Source of the DNA: Raillietiella orientalis
Taxonomy: Eukaryota
DNA: 64,000 nucleotides
NCBI GenBank assembly: GCA_036172245.1
Contig: JAYWIR010000009.1
Location: 4,650,001 to 4,714,000, forward strand
Direction: 5' to 3'
Part shown: piece by piece, positions 23,751 through 36,346 of the stretch
Numbering within the stretch: the stretch's first letter is position 1
Layout of the letters: each line of letters begins with the position of its first letter
The notes under the pieces: generated by a model
Seen by the model: only the letters and a program-made list of their open reading frames with translations
Told to the model about the DNA's origin: nothing
Database searches by the model: none
Translations under genes and position numbers: made by a program

Positions 23751-26673
23751 CAATAAGAAAGGAGCAGAATGCTAGGGGGTTAAGACGAGAGATGCAGAGT
23801 CAGAAGATCCTCTGTGGGATCGTGACAGCATCTCTTGTCGCAGTATAAGTCACTGAATCTATGCAGCGGTTCGTGCACCATTGATTTCGTTTCCACCTGA
23901 GGAATAGCACAATTATTCTCTCGAGATTCTTTTGCTGCAACAGCGGATACACTTACTGTTCTATCGGAGGAAATGACTTTTATTGTGTGGCATTCGTAGA
24001 GATGATGTCCTTTACGCTTAATGCTTACGACTTTCCTGAGAAGCTGCACCTAAAAGGATTGTTTTTATCGATGAAAACCGAAACTCCTCCAGGATATTCC
24101 ATTCGCGACTTCCTAGATGCGATTACAAACCGGTAAATTCTAGTGGACTGTAAGGACGCGTTGCAACGGTACGCCGCTGCTCAGGTTTTAAGAGAAAACA
24201 ACTTGTTCTCCAGCTTCCTGCTTGCCGTCTCAGGCTGACTGGGATTGTGAGCTCATCCTGAGGTGAGCAGTGAAAAGGTGGCCTCTGCCGTTTGCTTTTC
24301 ATCTGAAAGTCTGTTGGTCTTTTCGAGAGACTCTTTTGAGCCTGCGAGAAAATGTGCACTGCGCACGTGCACTATTCCTTTGTACCCTTCTGTCCTTGCT
24401 TTCGATCCGTATGAGCTCAACCCTCTTTTAAAGGATGCCGATGGTCTACTCTGCATCAGGATTGGATGGTCTCCCTATAGAAATAGCTGGGTACAGATGT
24501 CTAATTCCGTAATTATGATCATTAATATGAACGTGTATAGGAGCTGCATGCCTGCCGGTCCGAGCGCTGTTCTACTTATTAAGCAAGCATTCACGATCGT
24601 GCTCCATACACAAAGCCGTATTTGTGCTTCAGATTCTCTATGCATCGATTCTGCAGCCTTCAGAGAGAGAGAGAAGAGCGTATCTGCTATTATATTTTAT
24701 GTATATTCCATTTCTCAATGGGATTGCCCTCCTCACATTCATTTTCCAGGAATAAAACACAGGCTCAAAACATAATGACTTCTACCAGTATGGTTGATTA
24801 AGCCAAAAAATCGTAAGCAGCCCATCCTTTGTTCCGAAATACATGAGCTGGTAGGGAAGATATGAAATGATGTTTGCTTTTCCAGAAGCTCCATGTTAGT
24901 TATGATGAGTTTTTATTCCATAGTTGTTTTAGGACAGATGATGATTTGAAGTCTTAGTTTACTTTTTTGCTTTTGTAGTTGCAAATTTTACATTTAACCC
25001 TAAACAGATACCCTGAATATCTTGTTTTGTACAATGCCAGCTGACATCATCACTTATCCTCGAATCATGCAATGAGAAAACCCTTTAGCTTAGGATCCGT
25101 TTATAAACACATGACTAAGTTTCTAAAAAATCCAAACTAAGCCTCGCGTTGAAGATTGGTTACTTATGCTGCACATTGAGATCTTTGGTGCCCAAAGAGA
25201 ACCTGTAAGAGCGATCATGTATCTGCCGTAAGTCGAAAGTCTTCCTGTGTCCATCGAAAATGACAAAACGATCTTCATAATGGAGAACTCAGCACTGCTT
25301 TAGAGATTCCCGTAGATTATAATTTAGATTGGATTGTAATTCAAGAAAGAGGAAATTGAGTATCTTTGAATAAAAAGCACTATTTAGCTTCACTCTTGGA
25401 TACTGGAGCATAAGCGAAATGTTTCGGCATTTCGTTAATCTAGTATAGTATTCTGTGATCATTAGATGAAAGTTTTGCAAGGATCCTGCCTTTCGTGGAG
25501 ACATTTCCTTCCAAAAATAAATGCAGGGAGGATTGTAAAGGTGTCCTTGTCCATAGTATATTTTTGCTCCAGATTTGCATTCTATTCTCCCTTTATTACC
25601 ATTTGAGAAATTAACATCCAGATTTCGTGTTTCACTTTAATCAGTTTGGTATTTTATCTTTGTTTTTGTGTTAACTAAGATTTTTATAATTGACATTCTC
25701 TAGAATTATCTGATCCAGGGGCAGAAAAATAAACAATTCCATTTTGGCTGAGTTGTGCCCAATTAGGTTCGAATTTTCTTTTTTTGTCTTATTTATTCAT
25801 TAATTATCTGGTTATTATCATTTATTCAAGGCCACCATTTAGTTCTTGATGTTAACCGTATATGATGGTGGCGAAATAATAACACCAGTTTGTCATCAAT
25901 GGGTTTTCATGAATAAAGAGTTCTACCTAATGATGCTTGCGCCAGTTCACACTTTTTTGTGTTCAACTGTTCATTAACTAAATCTGGTTTCAAACTTTTC
26001 TCGCTATTACTTTGTCATCAACTGTAAAATTTGATAGTCTACTTAGCATCACAATTTATTGATTTTCATACTTGAATACGCTTTCCACATATTACTAGAA
26101 TAGCATTGTTGAAATTAGGTAAGTTAAGTATTGAGAGCAAGTTCTTTTCTTTTCTTTTAATTATTAAAAACGAATTAACAGAGTAAGAGAAACGTATTTG
26201 GAAAATCTTGCTTGTTGAAATAACACCGCATCTACTCGACCATTAAGCCTACAAAGTGTTCCAGCCATCAGTACCTTTTCATTTAGTAATTTTGATCATC
26301 AAATCTTCTGGAAATTACTTCGTTTGAGGATGAAGAAGCATCTTGTGCACACATAATGCAGCAGGGTATAATGAAACCCCAAACATCATCCCCTATTAGC
26401 ATGAGTGATCATTAACTAAATAATCCTTACGACAGAATGAGTACATCTAAATTCACTGTCCTCTATTCAAAGTATTATAAATCTGGAACTTTAAATATAA
26501 AACTTTTCCATTCAAAGGGGTCATCGAACCAGGAGAAAGCAAGTCTCTATTTGTTTTGTGAAAAAAAAAAGTCACGTACTGCGTGATATGGAAATCCTGT
26601 CTGCTAAGAAATGTCTTTTGTAGTATCATGTGTTCCATGAGAAATTCGAAGTCACGTACCTGCATCAGACAAT

Positions 26674-29600
26674 ATGAAGGCCAATGTCGAGGTTTCGTTC
26701 GGTATTCACATCGGAAATACAAACATGGCAATGTTTGCTTCAAAGGTATTGTAAAATGAAATAAATTGACAATTTTTCATGTCAGAGCTTAAAAAACTGG
26801 GTACCGCCCAATGCAGATGCAGACTTGAAATGCATAAGGACGTACAATATATGAGATAAAATTGCATTTTTCTTTCAAAGTAATTTGAGTTTCAAGTGCA
26901 TTGCATTTTACATTTCTGTTATCAAACCGTGTTTTGCTTTCTTATGGTGAACGGCTGAGGGTAAATTTCGTTCTTTGCTTCATGAACAAAGCATAGTTGT
27001 GGTTATGGTTTTTCCGTTCTCATTTGAAGAGGTTTTCCTGTTTGTATCTCACATTGTACAAGTTTTATTTAAGATTTTGCTGATACTTTTTTGACCTTTA
27101 TAAGCCTATCCCTTCGCTATTCTCAAGGGGCTGTATTACATCAGTATGTAATGAGTTGAACGTTACTGCTCGCTGAGTTAGTATTTCTCGTAAAATTCAC
27201 TCCATGCGTTCTTGATGGTGGTTGTTACGTTGTGTGAATATGTGCTTGATAATGATGTGATTTGTCAGATATTGCAGGGGAGGCTGAAGATAAATTAATA
27301 ATATTCTGATTGCATCACTTTGAGAAAAGTCCAGTATTATATTCTGTGTGATACAGATGTATATAGGTACGATCATAACAATAATTGTTCTACCCAAATT
27401 CTTCAGTCTTGTGCCAGAGACATGCAAATCTTTGTAATTACCATTAGCTACCTTACATTTGCTATCATGGCAGCTTCAGGCTGCTAGCTCTTTTGTATCC
27501 CCATTGCTGCATGTTGTACCAGGCTTGCCATGGCTAGCCATCTGTAGTCAGGATGGTGGAATTCACTGTTTAGCAGCAGACTCTTTGCAGCAGCTTGCTT
27601 CAGTTCCTACTCCTAACATAGAAAGGAGTGAAGGAAAGTTAAGTAAGCTGCAATTTTCATTGAAGCAACTCATGTGGACACCAAATGGTTGCATACTGGT
27701 GGACTTAAGCACCAATAACGACTTGTGTGTTTTTCGTGGCCTTTCCTTTGAAGACAGCCAGGCTAGCTTATCCTGGCTGATTGTTCTGTTAGAAAAATGT
27801 TTGGTTGCAGGCACAGATTGCTGGGATGTCTTAGCAGCAGCACAGGCAGTACAGTTTGAGCCCCTATAACTTCGGTTGCAAGAACAGTTTTTGTCGCCAG
27901 CCAGCCATAACCCAGCAACTTTATTATTCTCGTTTTCTTTCCATTCGGTTCATTTTATTGCGTGCTCAGGGCAGCAGTCAGGCAACAGATTGCTATATGC
28001 AGCTGATACTGCACTGTGTGGCATCCTTATGCAAATCCCTTTTGAGACCAGCAGATCTCACAATCAATCAGGAAAAAAGATGTAGCTGACACATTGACAT
28101 CTGTTCTAAGTAGCAAAGGCATGGAAGGAATGCCAATCTAAACAAAGCAGTAGTTCACTTAGATAAGTTATCCATGGAGTGCACAGTGGAACCCACCACT
28201 CTGCAATCGGTGCAGCAACTCACTCAGTGGGTTGCTGATCTCAGTCTCTACCTGTTGACTGCCCTTCCAAACAAAGGACCCCATAGTGAACTTCTCCTAG
28301 ATGTAAAAGTGTTGTCCACCCTCAGAGAGTTGTTAATTCTAATTCTCATGTGGGGTTTAGTCAGGGCAAGTTGTCTGCCAATCTTTTTCAAAGTAGCAGA
28401 TAACCTGGATGTATTGAATCGTGTAGGGAACTTCCTTCCCCAAATTGTGGATGCAATAGGAAATGAATGCATTTATATCGTGTCATACTTATTTCGAGAA
28501 GGTTTGTTATAAATTTTGGATAATGGTGGTCCTGGCAGCAAGTTATGTTTAATCTAGACCAGTGAATTTTCACGGTCTTTCGAGTGAATTAATATTTTGC
28601 CATGCAAAGTTAGGCAATGATTATTTTGATATTTAGGTTGTGTATTTTTCAATTTCAATTTGTTTCCAAGTTTACAAATTATGTATTGCATGTAAACAAA
28701 GCGAATAATGTAAAATAGGAATAGCTTGATCCGTTCAAGAAAAAACATAAATTATGTATTGTATTGGAGTTTAGTTACAAAATCGATACAGACTTGCCAA
28801 AAATATTGGAACTGAACCTTGGTTTATAAAAGGCGGTTTTGTTAAGGAAATCCATGTAAACAGTCGGAAAATTTTTGTTGATTCATTGAGGTAATTGTCA
28901 AAATTTGAATAGAGCTTTGCAGATGTAAAGAAGAAAACATGTAACTATAAATAGATGCATGAACAACATGACTGATTATTTCATATGTTGTTATCAGATC
29001 TTTATTCTTAGGAAGGAGCAACAAATATAGTAACTAATGACAGTGGACAACAATTGACACCAGCATTCATTGAAATAAACAATTCAGAAAAAGTAAGTAC
29101 AAAATAGGTTCATTTTATTTCATATTGTGTAATAGGTTGTTGGTTTACCTGTCATGCTAAATATAGAAAAAAATTATGAAAAATGTGTCCATCATAATGA
29201 ATATTACCTTTCTAAATCATTTTCCATAGTTAATGGAATTGTTGATAATCATGATCTCCAGTCATTTCCTATGTGTGATGTTATTGAACACACTGATGGC
29301 ATAACATATAAATTGGATGATATAAGCACCAGTCCAAATGAAATTCTTATAAGCTTTTTTGCAAGTCTATTTAGTAAGTAATCTATTAAATTTAACATTT
29401 AACATACTGGGAACAAATAAAATATGCTTTGAAAGTGCCCTATTTGTATTATTGTATTCATAAAAGTATTTCGTAGATGCTGCAGTTTCATATTGTTCTC
29501 ATTCTCAACATGCATACCCAGCTGTCTTAACAGTGCCTTGCAAGAGAAAATACCTTGCAAAACTTTTGAAAAATGCTGCGGAATCCGTGGGATTTACAGT

Positions 29601-32600
29601 TTTAAGAGTTATAAGTGAACCAGCTGCAGCAGCTTTAGCGTACCATATTGGTCAGGAAACAACAAAAGAATTTTTGTATGTCATTTTGTGATTGGATTCT
29701 TTCATTTTGTTTTTCATTTTCTTTCTTGAACTCTACTGATGTTCCATTATTCCTAGATTTGAATGATTTAGCGTCACTATTATTGTATCAAAAATGTGCT
29801 TAGAGTGCAGGATGCTCTCAATTTCTAATTATTACAATTTATTCTAAAATAATTTGGAGTTAAAATATGTGCTTTGTAATTTTTAATATTAATCAATTGA
29901 TTAATGTCAATATATTTTAACATAAATTTATATAATTTTAATATTATTATGTAACATAAAATCATTTACATACATAATTTATTCATTATATAAAAATATT
30001 AATTTTATTCCTGATTTTGACTATGTTATTTATAAAAAACCTTGAAAGTGAATTAAAGTATTCTTTAATTTATTAATACTAAAAATATTTCAAGAATACA
30101 TTCCCTCAATTGATTAATTTTAACATTTCTTAATTAAAAGGTAATATATTATATATTAGTAATAAATAATTGTTATAAAAAACATTTGGGTTAGTCAAAA
30201 TTTCGTTGAATTTCAGTTGGGTAAACAAATATACACATGCTGATAAGTTGAGGCATGGGAAGTATGCTCTTAGTTTGTCTGCATAAATACTACAAAAATG
30301 GTATGGATTAAATACTTCATTGTTTGCCTTTAAGAAAGCATGGGAGTGTCGAAACAGTTTTTTGATAGCTGTCTGAATGATTCATGAGCTGCTTGAATTA
30401 GATAGTTGTGAAATTAAGAAAATTGTACGTATAGGTGAAGTTGAAGTTTTTCATTAACAATTAAAGATAAAGTATCATTAGGAGATGCCATGTATGTGAA
30501 GTTACTTTTGTGGTGCCACATGCGAAATGTAACAGAATGCTTTCAGAATTATGTTAAAATACAAGAAATCATTATGTAGGAGTATGTGCACTCATTTTAA
30601 AGTGCCTTGTCATGTTATATAAGTAATCCCAACTTGATCAGATATTCAGATTTTTCAAAAGTTCGGATGCTTGAGCAAAAATTGCTGTGTAAAACTTATT
30701 TCTTTAATTTTTGTGTGCCATATGGATCCTTATTCAGTATTTACAAGTTATTGTGGTACATTTTTACTTGCACATTGGCTTCCTCAATGTGAATTAAGAT
30801 GGTTTGATTGGTTCTTTCAAACAGAAGTACACCTGCGTTTGGGAAAACATATTTAAGGAAAATAATGTCTCCAAAGGATAAGTTATTAGGGGAATCTTCA
30901 TGTACAAAACTGGAAGTGAATAAACATAACTATAATAGTTTTTGACAAGTTCATCCTTAGGAATAAGTAAATCACAATCTGAGAAGAGGTGTGTTCCATG
31001 TTGTAGTACTATGATGTGGAAGAACGGGTGTTTTTTCCCCCTTATTCTATTTAGATTAAAGTAAAAGTAAACGATAATATTTAGGTTTCCTGATTTTTGT
31101 AAAATGAAATATTTGTGCTGTACATGTAAGTTAGGATCAGCCAGTTAGTAGCTATTACTTATTTATTATGAAAGGAATACAACTGTTTTGGTAGAAGTTT
31201 TCTCTTTAAATGTAGTGGTTTCAAGTCACATGATAGGTGTGACTTTGAACTGTTTTACAGCTTTTGTTGCACATGAAAAATCCTTATGTTCTGTGAATGA
31301 ACTCTGGCATGTCAGTTAGAAATGCCAGTAGAATTGACTTCTGTTGGTTGAAGTATTTTGCAAAAATAACTTTAGTAAAAGAATGTTCTAAAAGAAAAAA
31401 TAGGAAGTCTTGACTTCTATGAAAGCACTTGGGGTAGTGAGAAGTATCTATTAAAGAACAAGGGACAACTGAAAAGCTTCCAAAGTTTCACTGGTTTAAG
31501 AATTGCTTATTTTGTTTGGATTGATTATCGTAGCATCAGAACCATTATCCATCTAGTAAAGTGCATAAACAAATTATCCTTTTCATATTAATCTTTTGAT
31601 AAATATACAATTATAAGATATATTTTTTGTGGGTAACATAAATATGTATTCATATTTCTTATTTCTGTTAGTCATGGCTTCTATTTTCTTATCATTACAA
31701 TTATCATTCATGATTTTTTTATGCCTTTCACTATTACTTAACTAAATTTCATTTTAGCCACTTTGTAGTTTGCCAAGTAGGTGGTTGCTATGCAAATGTG
31801 TCAGTTATGACTGTTTCTCATGGGATATATCATGTATTAGCTCATAAAGAAGGTTTATCGTTTGGAGGGGACGTTATATCCAACTTAATTTATCAATATT
31901 TTTGTGAAGACTGCACAAAGTAAGAAAGACAATGATTATTGACTGAAAGTAACCATGTTTCATATTTTCTGAACTTCAGCAAATTTGGTGATCATGTTAC
32001 AAACAAACCTAGATTTCAATGGAAACTGCTCAAAGAATGTGAACAATGTAAGCACATTTTGTCTACCCAGAGCATAGCACAGTGTTATATTGAATCCGTA
32101 CATGAAGGGCAAGATTATAGGAACACTTTGTCTCGTGCAAGATTTGAAATGCTATTGAAACCCAAAATTTCATGTTATGGAACACTGATTGAGGAAACAC
32201 TGAAGGAGGCTGATTTAGAAGCAAGCCAGATATCAAAAGTTTGGACAACTCTCTTGTTGGAAATTTCATTGACATTATCTTAGGTGTTACTTGTGGGTGG
32301 CTCAGTACGAATCCCATGCTTACGTGAATATATTGCATCATGCTTTGATAATGCAAATATTCTTGATGCTAAAACACCAGATGAAGTTTTAGCATTAGGT
32401 GCTGCAATTGAGGCTGATATTCTGCAGCAAATGACAAGTAGCAGGGAGGTTGATTCTGTGACAACAGTACCTGTTTTGAAGAAAGCCTTATTCTGTCAGG
32501 TACTGACTCCATTGCTTTTCTGATTTATGATATAGAAAGGTATGTTGCCCTTTTAGGTGAACAACTATCCAGCTGAATGCATCTTCAATCAGTTCTGCCC

Positions 32601-32955
32601 TATTCCTGCCAAGTACAATTATCTTATTCCTATGGTTGAGACTTGCCATGCTGAACTGCTATTATTCCATAATGAAAGGGATACACAAGTGACTCTGTCA
32701 AAGGTTAGGCATTTGATTGATTGTATTTAAGTAACAAGCCAATTAGACTTTGGTGGAAGACGTGGCACCATTAAGTAAACTTCAAATCAGTTTTCATGTT
32801 GATAGGTGCGTATTGTAGTTTCATTTGGAACATTGCATTAAAAATTAGCAGATAAGACATCAATTGTTAATTATGTGTGTTTCAGAGAAGGAACTCTTCA
32901 GGTGGAATTGACTGCTAATAATGTGAACAAATCGTTTTCACTAATGTTAAGTTGA
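26674..32955 (+). CDS. HSPA14: Heat shock 70 kDa protein 14 (Hsp70L1, ribosome-associated complex), 10 exons, 500 aa
   Basis: Exons 26674-26745, 29012-29092, 29136-29373, 29477-29675, 31758-31919, 31980-32238, 32284-32499, 32557-32703, 32747-32805 and 32886-32955 join in frame (1503 nt) with GT-AG. Motifs FGIHIGNT, IVTNDSGQQLTP, VLRVISEPAAAALAY, EQCKHILST, LSRARFE, VLLVGGSVRIP, PDEVLALGAAIEA. Short C-terminus without lid or EEVD, as in HSPA14. Confidence 0.92.
27460..28415 (+). pseudogene. MED16: Mediator subunit 16 internal fragment, disrupted, inside HSPA14 intron 1
   Basis: DGGIHCL..DSLQQ, LLEKCLVAGTDCWDVL, RQPAITQQLY, KSLLRP, TLQSVQQLTQWVADLSLYLL, LSTLRELLILILMWG...CLP match remembered MED16 motifs. 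In-frame TAA at 27867 and frameshifts near 27890, 28075 and 28133; both ends are missing. Confidence 0.85.
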
Positions 32956-33277
32956 TGTATGCTAGTTGTTTAGAAACATTGATGAATGCTAAAACCAACT
33001 TTGGTTTTAGTTTGATTTCATGTGCATTTCTGTATTGAAATAAAAGTTTCCAAAACATCCATGTCTAATGTTTCTGTATATATCTTAAGTTATTCTCTTA
33101 GGATTTCATGCAAGTAAAGCCATTTCTAGATTAAAAAAAAGTACCTTGTTACTTTAAAGTTGGAAAATGATTTAATAGGTTTGAAAGAAACAAAACAAAA
33201 GGAGAGCTCGTGGCATAGTATTTGAAAGTGAATGTTTGTTTTTGAAATGCAAGTGAAAACTGCTTCTTCGTAATCCC

Positions 33278-35187
33278 ATGTCCGATCGAGATTCATCTGT
33301 AGGATTATCAGTACGTACGACTGTTGCGAAATTCGTATTCAGCAGATGTTTGTAGCAGGAGGAAATAGCTCGTCAGTTCGTACTTCCTGAAAGGCAATCA
33401 AAGCTCTCCTTTCTCCTGAAAGATCAAGATGTTGGAGAGTCATGGTTCAGAGGCCCCCCACAAGAGCAGCGACTTTACTGTGTTTGCAAAAGTAGTGATA
33501 CCTCACGCTTTATGATGTAAGATTTTGAGCGGTCATACAAACATGTGCTCATTGTGGACAATCATGCTTAGTGGCTGTGACAAATGTGAGGAATGGTATC
33601 ACGGAGACTGCGTTGGTATCTGTGAAGAGGATGCTGACATGATTCTCAGGTACTTCTGCCAGGTTCGTATTCTGCACTCAAACGCATGTTGATGTTTGGG
33701 TTTAGAAATGTCGATGGCGCGACCCTTGCCTGGAAATAAAATATCGAGTTCAAGAGAAGAAGAAAAAAGATGAGAAAGGTGCGTCACTGTTAGAAATAGG
33801 TTCTGATCCGTATTTTTTTTTTGGTAGAAATCCGCCGAGGACCCAGAAAATGTGGAGAATGTGAAGCATGCTACCGTACTGAAGACTGTGGTCGCTGTGA
33901 CTATTGCAAAGACATGAAAAAATTTGGAGGACTCAACAAGTATAAACAAAAATGCCGCCAGAGACAGTGTTTGAACTTTGTAAGTGTGCTAACAAGCTTC
34001 AAAATTTTCAATTTAAAACAATTTCATCCAGTGGGCAGCCCATGGCAGACACTTCCGGACTGAAGTATCTGACCCTGAGTATGTGCCAGTTCTCCGAGAA
34101 ACAAATTATAGTGATGACGACACATGGGAACCGTTCAATCAGTTCCGCCCTCGCCATCGCCGTAAACAATCTGCGGCACGCAGGAAGAGGCAACACGATA
34201 ACTCAGACTCAGAGAGTGAAAGCGATATTGTAGCTGTGCGCCAGTGTTGTGGACCAGGATGCACCAAGGCTGCTAGCAATGGCAGCAAATACTGTAGTGA
34301 TGATTGTGGCTTGAAGCTAGCTACGTCCAGGATCTATCAGGTTCTTTTAAAAAATGCACATAATCTTGATAAACTTCCCAGATTCTTCCCCAACGCATTC
34401 ATGAATGGAATCTCAATCCCTCTGTTGCAGAAATGAATGATAAAAAACAGTTAGAACAAGTTCGCAAACAACTTTTAGATGCGCAAAATACCCTAAAGCA
34501 ATTAGATCAGAAGGAAAAAGAACTAGAATCTGTAATATTGAAGGGGAAAAATCCAGCATTAGAGTTGTCTACCGAAGATGATGCTGATGATAGTGAGGCT
34601 GATATTTCTATGTATTGCATTACCTGTGGTCATGAAGTTAGTTCCCGAATGGCTATCAGGCACATGGAAAAATGCTTCAACAAAGTAAATACGATCTTAC
34701 TGCTTGTATTCTTCTATGCTTGCATTTGTAGTATGAGAGTCAAACATCATTTGGGTCTGCTTATAAAACTCAAACAGGCAGCAACATTTTTTGTGACTAC
34801 TACAACGCTGCCAGCAAGACATATTGTAAACGCCTACGAGTTTTGTGTCCAGAGCACAGCAAAGATCCGAAAGTTGGAGATAATGAAATTTGCGGCTGCC
34901 CCCTTACAACAGATGTCTTTTCACCTTCCAGTGAATTGTGCCGAATATCCAAAAAGAAGTGCATGAAGCATCACTGTTGGGAGAAATTGCGCCATGCAGA
35001 GATTGACATGGAAAGAGTGCGCCAGTGGCTAAAAATTGATGAACTTCTTGAACAGGAACGCCAAATTCGTCTGGCAATGGCAAATCGTGCTGGGGTGTTG
35101 CCGTTACTGTTGCATTCAACATATAATCACGACATCATGGATCAGGTAGCAGCTCAATATTCCGAAACAGCAGAAAATAATCAGTAA
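33278..35187 (+). CDS. CXXC1: CXXC-type zinc finger protein 1 (Cfp1, SET1/COMPASS subunit), 8 exons
   Basis: Exons 33278-33298, 33356-33516, 33572-33662, 33706-33778, 33828-33979, 34032-34340, 34382-34684, 34732-35187. PHD finger ([27 protein letters not shown]), CXXC domain ([38 protein letters not shown]), [14 protein letters not shown]-terminal [11 protein letters not shown]...[26 protein letters not shown]. Confidence 0.97.
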
Positions 35188-35192
35188 CTATT

Positions 35193-36194
35193 TTAATCCT
35201 CATCGATAAGTATTTTTTGTATTTCTTTGTAATAAAGAGATTTGAGTGTTTGCTGTAACTCTTGTCTTTCCAACCAGAGGTAATCCAGGACATAATCTTG
35301 ATTTGGCTGCATGTCTCCTCCAACATAATATGCTTTTAAAAAGAACACCTAAATTTCAATACTATTGGCCCAGCATTTTATCTGAATCTTACCTTAGCTC
35401 CAATGTGATCTAGCTGACATTTCCGAGGATACTTATATTTGTAAAATCCCCATGGGGCATTACCCAAAAATTTCCATTCTACGCTAGTTCCAAAAAATGT
35501 TTGCAATATGCGGTGTGCAGCCTGTTGGTGAATTACAAGCACTCCATTTGACTGTGAAAACGCACAAACCGTTCTCAGTGTTTCTTCTGGAAGTATTTTT
35601 CCTAAAGGCAAAAGCCAAGGAGTACTCTCTCCAAGTGCTTGTTTTATGACTAATGTGAGATATCTACTCAACATTCGGTTCAGGGACTTCTGGTTACAGC
35701 GATGGTCATCATCTGTGCCGAAGTTTTACTTGTCTGAAAGTTAATTAGGTCTGTAAAAACCTGTAACTCTGGGGGCTAGTGTGAGGTGGTTTACTTCCTT
35801 TGCCCATATGCTCTCCTTTTCCAGGGCAGTTAGATCAGAGACACCATATGAAGCTGACTTATTTTTAGCACTTCCTTTTCTGACCTTACGCCTATAAGAA
35901 AATTCTGATCTCTCCAAATTAAAAGTAATAGCTGTCAAACCTTTCTTCAATCAACTGCATTTCATGATCATTTAAAAGACTATTTTCCAATTCGATCTGC
36001 AACATCATATTCCAATACCGGTTCTCAATATCCTTAGGATCAGGGCTGATTACAGGTTTTCTTTGGACACATACAGACACACACAGTTCCCAAGGAGAAG
36101 AGTTTACAGTTGATAGTTTACGTGAGAAAGCACACACGTGCATAGTTCTGCACTGCACTGAGATTAGCATGCGTGAAATCACGGAAGCACTCAT
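35193..36194 (-). CDS. mRpL46: Mitochondrial ribosomal protein L46 (mL46), 5 exons
   Basis: Exons 36194-35941, 35891-35761, 35712-35570, 35521-35393, 35348-35193. Motifs W.LCVSVCVQRKPVI, IELENSLLNDHE, APRVT.DD...KSLNR, WLLP....PEETLRTAA.R, FLGNAPWGFYKYKYP, GAKVFFLKA, DYLWL...EL; basic/hydroxylated N-terminal presequence. Confidence 0.95.
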
Positions 36195-36346
36195 ATTCCA
36201 AAGTTCTTAACTAGTTTATAATTTTTTCGAACAATAATTCCGTGCTGGACACATCTGGAAACATGGCAATAAACTTTAACATTTTTTATTCAAAAACTGT
36301 CAACCCCTCTGTCTGGCAATTATTTTTGCATTCAGTTAACAGTTTA

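Noticed and set aside
28755..28790. ATG TAT TGT ATT GGA GTT (MYCIGV) as HSPA14 exon 1
   Set aside because: Followed immediately by TAG; a better exon 1 (FGIHIGNT...K|gt) exists at 26674-26745.
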